Assembly (NCBI RefSeq): GCF_000189555.1
Contig: NC_017276.1
Source: Saccharolobus islandicus REY15A
Lineage (GTDB): Archaea; Thermoproteota; Thermoprotei_A; Sulfolobales; Sulfolobaceae
Reading direction: 5' to 3' (one strand)
Length of the DNA: 64,000 nucleotides
How positions within the stretch are numbered: the first letter of the stretch is position 1; each line of letters opens with the position of its first letter. Shown piece after piece: positions 57,555-64,000 of the stretch. The position numbers and the translations under genes are program-made. The notes beneath the pieces are model-generated. The model did not search any database, was not told the origin of the DNA, and saw only the letters and a program-made list of their open reading frames with translations.

Positions 57555-58647
57555 AATTGCGCTAAAATCTCCCAGATCCAGAAGAAATTTTGAGCACACG
57601 CTAGCCAATAATATAAGAAGTATTATAAAAGAAGGGAAAATATGGAGATCGCAAGGCGTATTATTTTTAGAAGTTAACGATAACAATAAGAACATAGAGG
57701 AGCTTAGTAAGGTATTTGGAATAGCCTCCTTTTCACCAGTTATGTCGATTAAATCTTACAATAATAATTTAGAAGATATTATTAACAAAGCTAAGGAAGT
57801 CTTTGCTGAAATAGTCAAAGGTAAGATTTTTTCTGTAAGAGCTAAAAGAATAGGTTCTCATAATTTTACCAGTCTAGATGTACAACGGAAAGTTGGTGAA
57901 GCTTTATATCCATTTTCCAGAGGAGTTAATCTAGAGAATCCTGAAGTTGAGGTATTCATAGAAATTAGGAATGATGTAGCGTATTTTTATTATAAAATTA
58001 TTAAGGGCCCTAGGGGGTTGCCTGTTGGAGTAGCTGGAAAGACCGTTGTGTTGTTTTCCGGAGGAATTGATTCGCCCGTAGCCACATGGATGATGATGAA
58101 AAGAGGTTCAATTCCCGTTATTTTAAACTTCAATTTAGGAGGAAGTGTACATAGGAAGTTTGTATTGGAAGAATTAAGTGTCCTTAGAAAATGGAGCGGA
58201 GGACATAAATTAAAACTATTTATCGTAAATGGCACAGACGTGTTAATTAAATTATCACAGATTGAGAAAAGAAATCGTGTGGTCATGTTAAAGCGAGTAA
58301 TGTATAAGGTAGCTGAAAGGTTATGTGATAAGGCAAACGCTAAATCTATAACCACAGGGGAATCTCTGTCACAAGTCTCATCACAAACTATGACTAATTT
58401 ATACGTAACTGAATACGGGATAAAATATCCAATTTTTAGACCTTTAATTGGATTTGATAAAGAAGAGATTGTCGAACTTGCAAGGAAAATTGGAACTTAT
58501 GAATATTCAATAAAACTCCCAGAATATTGTGCAATATCAACTAAAGCTAGGACGTCTGTAGAACTTGATGAAGTACTAAAGGATGAGAAGAATCTAAACA
58601 TTGATTACGAGAAAGTACTTGAAAACTCAGAGGTAATTGAAATATGA
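57526..58647 (+). CDS. thiI: tRNA 4-thiouridine synthase ThiI (THUMP + PP-loop, no rhodanese domain)
   Basis: GEIALKS, GLPVG..GK, FSGGIDSPVA, TGESLSQVSSQT, RPLIG.DKEEI, EYC. Confidence 0.93.
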   Translation: MLIIIRPSGEIALKSPRSRRNFEHTLANNIRSIIKEGKIWRSQGVLFLEVNDNNKNIEELSKVFGIASFSPVMSIKSYNNNLEDIINKAKEVFAEIVKGKIFSVRAKRIGSHNFTSLDVQRKVGEALYPFSRGVNLENPEVEVFIEIRNDVAYFYYKIIKGPRGLPVGVAGKTVVLFSGGIDSPVATWMMMKRGSIPVILNFNLGGSVHRKFVLEELSVLRKWSGGHKLKLFIVNGTDVLIKLSQIEKRNRVVMLKRVMYKVAERLCDKANAKSITTGESLSQVSSQTMTNLYVTEYGIKYPIFRPLIGFDKEEIVELARKIGTYEYSIKLPEYCAISTKARTSVELDEVLKDEKNLNIDYEKVLENSEVIEI

Positions 58648-58699
58648 TCAGCCCTCACACGCGTACATCATTTATCAGTCCGGGGTTCTCACATCACCT
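58646..58699 (-). ncRNA. Box C/D guide sRNA
   Basis: Minus strand: C GTGATGT (58697-91), 12-nt guide GAGAACCCCGGA, D' CTGA (58678-75), C' ATGATGT (58671-65), 13-nt guide ACGCGTGTGAGGG, D CTGA (58651-48). Confidence 0.82.
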
Positions 58700-58755
58700 A
58701 ACCATAAATGACGAAGCTTGTTTCAGTCTTTTACCATTAAAAAAGAGTAAAGATT

Positions 58756-59790
58756 CTATCCTAAAAGCTTATTCAAAAGAGAATCCAATGATTTTTTAGC
58801 ATCCATAATACTCTTAACCTTTTCTGGAGGATCCTTAAAGTAATAGTAACAAACCTCTTTTACAGCACCACTATAACCGCGTTGAGTTAGGAGTTTGGCA
58901 ATTCTTATTAGATCCATTAAAGGAGCAACTGCGTTAAAAGAATCATATGTCTTCAGAGAAATATCAATTCTTACTGGGATACCTATTCCATATAAGCCTT
59001 CAATTACCATATAACTTACTCTTCTATCTTTTAGAAATTCCACATAATCAGATGTTCCAGCTACAACCTCAGCCCCGTTGGCGTACGAAGAGATAAGAGA
59101 TGACTTTATACTTTTTTTAAGATCTTTTCTCCAATCTTCTAACGTAACTAATGCTTCAGTAGATCCAGCAATGTCTATCTGATAAGACTTTAAAACCCTT
59201 ACACCTCTATTTTTTAAAAATTCTATTATTCCAGCGTGTGTGATAGTTCCCCCTATTTGACTTAATAAATCATCCCCTAGGATTACAAGACCTTTCTCCT
59301 TAAATTGATCTTTAAATTCCTTTGCAGTTGGAGAAGGAGTGGAATTTATAAGAGAAGAACCAGCCTCTAATGAAGCCTTAGCATAAAAACTGCTCGCATT
59401 TACTGCTCCAGTAGGTAATAGATTTAATACTACATCTACTTTCTCTTTCTTTAAGATATCAACTACATTAACCGGTTCCTCTTCAGATTCTTCAATAATG
59501 TTCGAAAGAACCCCAACTCTTCCATCTAGAGTAGGACCTCTCATTACAATTACATCGCTCCTAACATCCACATACTTATCAACAACATTTGGTTTGATAA
59601 ATATTGCCTCCCTAAGCTTCCTATTTACCTTCCTCTTATCGATATCAAAAGCAGCTACTACATCTATGTCATATGGCTTTATGGGAAGATCCAATATTCC
59701 ATATATTTCCTTGCCGTTTTTAGCTAGTTCTATAGCCTGTACTAATGCAGAGGCCACATTACCTACTCCAATTAACGCAACCTTAACCAA
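58756..59790 (-). CDS. ino1: Myo-inositol-1-phosphate synthase family protein
   Basis: [44 protein letters not shown]. Confidence 0.88.
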   Translation of the reverse strand: MVKVALIGVGNVASALVQAIELAKNGKEIYGILDLPIKPYDIDVVAAFDIDKRKVNRKLREAIFIKPNVVDKYVDVRSDVIVMRGPTLDGRVGVLSNIIEESEEEPVNVVDILKKEKVDVVLNLLPTGAVNASSFYAKASLEAGSSLINSTPSPTAKEFKDQFKEKGLVILGDDLLSQIGGTITHAGIIEFLKNRGVRVLKSYQIDIAGSTEALVTLEDWRKDLKKSIKSSLISSYANGAEVVAGTSDYVEFLKDRRVSYMVIEGLYGIGIPVRIDISLKTYDSFNAVAPLMDLIRIAKLLTQRGYSGAVKEVCYYYFKDPPEKVKSIMDAKKSLDSLLNKLLG

Positions 59791-61177
59791 TCTGACTCAC
59801 CAAAATCTGGAATACAATTGGAATAACTATACCTAATATTATACTTAAAATTGCCGAGACTACTGCAATGTCTCTTTCTGAGCTTTTTGTAACCTCAAAC
59901 TCTCCTTCTCTAAATACTTCTCTAACTATAGGAACGTAATATCCAGCAGATATCGCACTATTGAGGACAGCAATTATGGTAAGCCAAGGATATGTAAATG
60001 AACTTTCGAATAAGAATAACTTACCCCAAAATCCAAAAAGCGGTGGTATCCCAAGTAAACTTAGTATAAGAATTACTATGGCAAAAGCTAATGGCTTATC
60101 TTGAGATGATATACCTCTAAGCCCAGAAATATCAGAAGTCCCAGATATTTTCTCTACGTGACTCACTATACCGAATAGACCTACTTGTGCTATTCCATAT
60201 GCAAGAGACTGCACTAGAATACCGACAATAGCTATAGCTGGAGATATCGTGAACATCGCAAAACCTATTAAGATATATCCAACTTGAGTTATTGAACTAA
60301 ATGAAAGTACTGCTGCAATATCTCTTCTTGAAAAAGCTGTTATATTTCCAACTAGCATACTACCTATCGAAATAACTATGAATATAACTACCTCTACTAT
60401 GTTAGGATCTGAGAGATATACTACTCTAAATAAAGGAATTATACCTACAAGCTTACCAACGCTTGAAATGAACGCTACTGATATTCTATCAGCATCTGTG
60501 TAAACATCTGGTAACCAAGCTTGAAATGGAAAAGCTCCCATCTTGAATAGAAATGCTATTGAAATGAAAGATATAGAGAAAAGGAAGAGATTTGGATAAA
60601 GTACAGACGTGGTAAATAATAGCGAACCAGTTGAAACTAAATACGAAGCAAAACCAATTATCATGATCGAGCTTGACAATAGTCCCATAATAAGATATTT
60701 AATACCAGCGTTAACTGACTTATAGTCCTTTCTAAGCATAGCTATTGCATAACTTGCAGCAGATGATATTGCCCAAGTAGTGAGAATAATAATAATATTG
60801 TTAGCAAAGGACATATAAAATAAACCTAGTAAGGATAGTAACATTAATGATAACATAGAGGAGCGTGTAGACCAAGATATTATATGATCTTTGCTCAATA
60901 AAATCGCAAGTAAACCTACGCTAAAAATAGTTATTGAAAAGAAATAGCCGGGTACATCTATAAATAAAGACTTAGAAAATAATGTATAGTTCACGATACC
61001 AGCCACCCAAGAGTAAATTAAAAACACTAGGCTAACCCCTACAAGTACTTCGGAAAGTATCAGCGATAATCTAAACCTACTTTCATTAACACCATTATCT
61101 ATAAATAATGCGGAGATTGAAGAAAATAAAATTAAAATTGATGGTATTAAAATTGGTAAATAATAATCCAAGTTCAT
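59783..61177 (-). CDS. nuoN: Complex I-like antiporter subunit NuoN
   Basis: [30 protein letters not shown]-like [20 protein letters not shown]; ATG 61177 overlaps the upstream TAA. Confidence 0.92.
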   Translation of the reverse strand: MNLDYYLPILIPSILILFSSISALFIDNGVNESRFRLSLILSEVLVGVSLVFLIYSWVAGIVNYTLFSKSLFIDVPGYFFSITIFSVGLLAILLSKDHIISWSTRSSMLSLMLLSLLGLFYMSFANNIIIILTTWAISSAASYAIAMLRKDYKSVNAGIKYLIMGLLSSSIMIIGFASYLVSTGSLLFTTSVLYPNLFLFSISFISIAFLFKMGAFPFQAWLPDVYTDADRISVAFISSVGKLVGIIPLFRVVYLSDPNIVEVVIFIVISIGSMLVGNITAFSRRDIAAVLSFSSITQVGYILIGFAMFTISPAIAIVGILVQSLAYGIAQVGLFGIVSHVEKISGTSDISGLRGISSQDKPLAFAIVILILSLLGIPPLFGFWGKLFLFESSFTYPWLTIIAVLNSAISAGYYVPIVREVFREGEFEVTKSSERDIAVVSAILSIILGIVIPIVFQILVSQIG

Positions 61178-64000
61178 TATCCAATCACCCCGAATAGAAC
61201 TAAAACAATAATTAAAAGTAAAACTATACCCCATGCATATAACATAATATAGTCCCCAAGGATGTGGTCCTCTACCACGTTATAGATTCTCGAGCCAAAG
61301 TTTATCACAGATTTAGGTAGTCTCTCATTTAGCCCTATATCGATAACCCCTCTCTCAAAGTTATTGAATAAAGCATTGGCGAAACCTTTGAAGATATATC
61401 CAAATTTGTCAAAACCTGGATTTACATACCAACCATAGTAGGCAAAATCTATTAGAGGCATTATAGAACTTAAGTTTAAACGTCTAGTATATACGGCAAA
61501 AGCGATTATCCAACCTATTATAGATAATATTAAACTAATAAAATCTATATCTGAAAGTTGTATAACATTGAAGAAAGTCGCCAGATTAAAGTAAAGTATG
61601 CCTAGTATGATTGATGCTAATATTAATAATCCAGGGCTTATAACCATCAAAGTACTCATGTGCCCATGTTCATGAGTATCATGTTCCTCACCTTTCCATA
61701 AGAACGTTCTAGCAATATATCTTAATATATATATTGCGCCTAGGAATTCGAGAATTATATACAAGTAAAATATGGTAGATGAAGCACTACTAACTAAATT
61801 GCCTATGATATTGTGGGCCCAAAATCCTATTAAAGGTGGCAAATTAGCTAGGTTTAGCGCAGCAATTAGTTGTAAAACAAACACAGAAGGAATCTCCTTA
61901 TATAATAATGGTTTCGAAGCTACATACCTACTTTCTGTATAATGTATTACGGAACCAGCGTTCATGAAGAGAGATGCCTTATAGATTCCATGTGCAAGCA
62001 TTTGTATAAGTCCTACTATTATTCCCAAACCTACGTTTCCAAGTAAAGCACCTAAAGAAGATGAGAATATCATAAGCGATATTTGATCTGCAGTAGAATA
62101 AGCTAAAATTACCTTTTGTTCATTTGATGCTAGAGCATTAACACTTGTATATAATGCAGTAAATAACGTTATTCCCACCATTATTGCGAAGAATAAATAA
62201 GTGTTTGTATTTATGGGTATAAATTGATAAGTAAAGAATGTAAGGATGGCTCCTAAATTAACCATGGTAGCTGCATGTATTAGAGCACTGACTGGCGTTG
62301 GACCAGTCATAGCGGTTAATAGCCATTGAGTGAAAGGAAATTGTGCGCTCTTAGCAAGCCCCCCTAAAAAGAATACTAGCAATATTAACCACCCTTCTGG
62401 ACGTGAAGCTACAGTAGATAATGCAGAAAATACTGTAGATAATATATTTGAGATAGGATACAAGATATAATTGTAACTTGATAGTGAAAGCAAATAACCT
62501 AATACTGCTAACAAGCCAACATCACCTACACGAGTGAAAATTAAAGCTCTGATCCCACTAGTTGTTGGTTTGGAAATGTTTTCAATTCCAAATATTCTTC
62601 TTCCAAAATCTCCAACTACATTTCTTTCATTGTCATCTAACCAATAGCTAATTAGACCATAGGAGGCTAGGCTAGTTCCCTCCCATCCCGCAATAAACAG
62701 TAGAACATTATTAGCTAACACAACAGATAGCATTGACGTTACGAAAAGCCCAAAGAACCCCCAGTATCTTCTTAAAACGTTATCCTCTCTCATATACCCT
62801 ATGCTATATAATGCTATAAAGAATGATAGTGAAGACACGAAAAGGGATAAAATAGATTGAAGCAAGTTCGCACTAAATTGTAAATAACCAAATGAGTATG
62901 ATAATTGGGGATGCCCGAATAACGGTTGCCCTAAATTACTAACTAGCAATAACGCGGATAAGACCATTGAAATACCTATTGTCAACACCACTATTGCTCC
63001 TCTCAAATCTTGATTTAATGACTTCGGAGTTATTAGTGCAATTAATGAACCTATAACAGGTAAGAATGCTACTAGTGGTAAAATTATGGAATTTGAAAAC
63101 AATAATGTAAATGTTAAAGACGGAGATATGTACTGAGGAATAAAGAAGGTAATTATACTAACTACTCCAATCAATAGCATTGGGATTGAGTACTCTTTTA
63201 GATTGTCAAGATTCTTATTTTCCTTTTTGCCAGCATAAACAGTCTTGAATAAGTAACCTATATACGCTGAAGAAGTACCTATTGCAATCATTATAAAGGC
63301 TACTATTATTATAAACCCTGCTAATCCTATCTTATCTAATATCGTACCTACCGAAAATATTAATAACGCTTCACTTATCAAACCAATTGTTGGAGGTAGA
63401 CCTAGGAGATTTAAAGTACCTATAAACGCCATCGTTGAATGAAGAGGGGAAGATAGATAAAGTCCACCTAATTTTTCAATATTCCTTTCATTTAGTTCAG
63501 TTATTGATGCACCAGCACTCATGAATAGGATAGCTTTTCCGAATCCATGAGAAACATAGATTAGGATACTTGCCAATATTCCTAAAGGTAATGAGATAAT
63601 AGAAGTCGATAGTCCTCCTAAAAAGGCGATGGAAGCACCTAATAGCATATAACCCATTTGAGAAACACTTGAATACGCTAAGAATCTCTTGAAGTCTTTT
63701 TGGGCCAACGCGTTAATTCCGCCGTAAATCATTGTTATAAGGGCCCATGCTATAAATATAGGGGCTATGAAGGACATAGTAGGGAATAGATAATAGTAAA
63801 TGATAACTACGAATATTCCTAAACCCACCATATTTGGACTTAATAGTACTGAAATAGGAGTTGGAGCTTCACCATGAGCATAAGGTAACCATATATTAAA
63901 ACCAGCTTGAGCACCTTTTATAAACATTCCAATAACTGCTATTATAAATACCAAAATAGAGTAAGGTATCGTGGAATAATTCACAAAAGTATAGGCATCA
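61177..64000 (-). CDS. nuoL: Fused NuoM-NuoL complex I-like antiporter subunit (5'-truncated by window edge)
   Basis: Frame is open to the window edge ([10 protein letters not shown]...). NuoM-like [10 protein letters not shown] and [10 protein letters not shown], then NuoL-like [32 protein letters not shown]. Confidence 0.88.
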   Translation of the reverse strand, partial: DAYTFVNYSTIPYSILVFIIAVIGMFIKGAQAGFNIWLPYAHGEAPTPISVLLSPNMVGLGIFVVIIYYYLFPTMSFIAPIFIAWALITMIYGGINALAQKDFKRFLAYSSVSQMGYMLLGASIAFLGGLSTSIISLPLGILASILIYVSHGFGKAILFMSAGASITELNERNIEKLGGLYLSSPLHSTMAFIGTLNLLGLPPTIGLISEALLIFSVGTILDKIGLAGFIIIVAFIMIAIGTSSAYIGYLFKTVYAGKKENKNLDNLKEYSIPMLLIGVVSIITFFIPQYISPSLTFTLLFSNSIILPLVAFLPVIGSLIALITPKSLNQDLRGAIVVLTIGISMVLSALLLVSNLGQPLFGHPQLSYSFGYLQFSANLLQSILSLFVSSLSFFIALYSIGYMREDNVLRRYWGFFGLFVTSMLSVVLANNVLLFIAGWEGTSLASYGLISYWLDDNERNVVGDFGRRIFGIENISKPTTSGIRALIFTRVGDVGLLAVLGYLLSLSSYNYILYPISNILSTVFSALSTVASRPEGWLILLVFFLGGLAKSAQFPFTQWLLTAMTGPTPVSALIHAATMVNLGAILTFFTYQFIPINTNTYLFFAIMVGITLFTALYTSVNALASNEQKVILAYSTADQISLMIFSSSLGALLGNVGLGIIVGLIQMLAHGIYKASLFMNAGSVIHYTESRYVASKPLLYKEIPSVFVLQLIAALNLANLPPLIGFWAHNIIGNLVSSASSTIFYLYIILEFLGAIYILRYIARTFLWKGEEHDTHEHGHMSTLMVISPGLLILASIILGILYFNLATFFNVIQLSDIDFISLILSIIGWIIAFAVYTRRLNLSSIMPLIDFAYYGWYVNPGFDKFGYIFKGFANALFNNFERGVIDIGLNERLPKSVINFGSRIYNVVEDHILGDYIMLYAWGIVLLLIIVLVLFGVIG

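Overview
64 kb of core chromosome from a Sulfolobales archaeon (AT-rich, Saccharolobus islandicus/solfataricus-like; the genus is inferred from gene content). Left to right: 5'-truncated Lhr helicase, rpl14e, intron-split cbf5, a methyltransferase, tRNA-Ser, tmcA, tRNA-Gly, slaAB, an SSV-type IntN relic on tRNA-Ala, a GT4, tRNA-Pro, nac, a beta-CASP nuclease, the ThrRS editing protein, mvk-glmS-nucleotidyltransferase, xerA, an mptG operon, glnA, folE, moaA, a dsrE-tusA-cysM-kinase operon, a large ribosomal/secretion cluster (rps19e to rpl12, ftsY, secE, spt5), alaS, intron-containing tRNA-Arg, an MFS transporter, a large surface protein, thiI, a C/D-box sRNA, inositol-phosphate synthase, nuoN and a 5'-truncated NuoM-NuoL fusion. 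There is no CRISPR array, rRNA or intact mobile element. The best leads are: (1) ftsY has no in-frame start codon for its N-terminus, only SD-TTG-TTT-TGA (candidate +1 frameshift or AUA start); (2) a perfect BHB 23-nt mRNA intron in cbf5 (known class); (3) an IntN relic with an exact 24-nt direct-repeat pair; (4) a C/D sRNA absent from the ORF track; (5) a putative sulfur-relay cysteine synthase operon with a Cys-less DsrE and an unannotated 52-aa ORF. All product calls come from motif recognition only; no database search was run.
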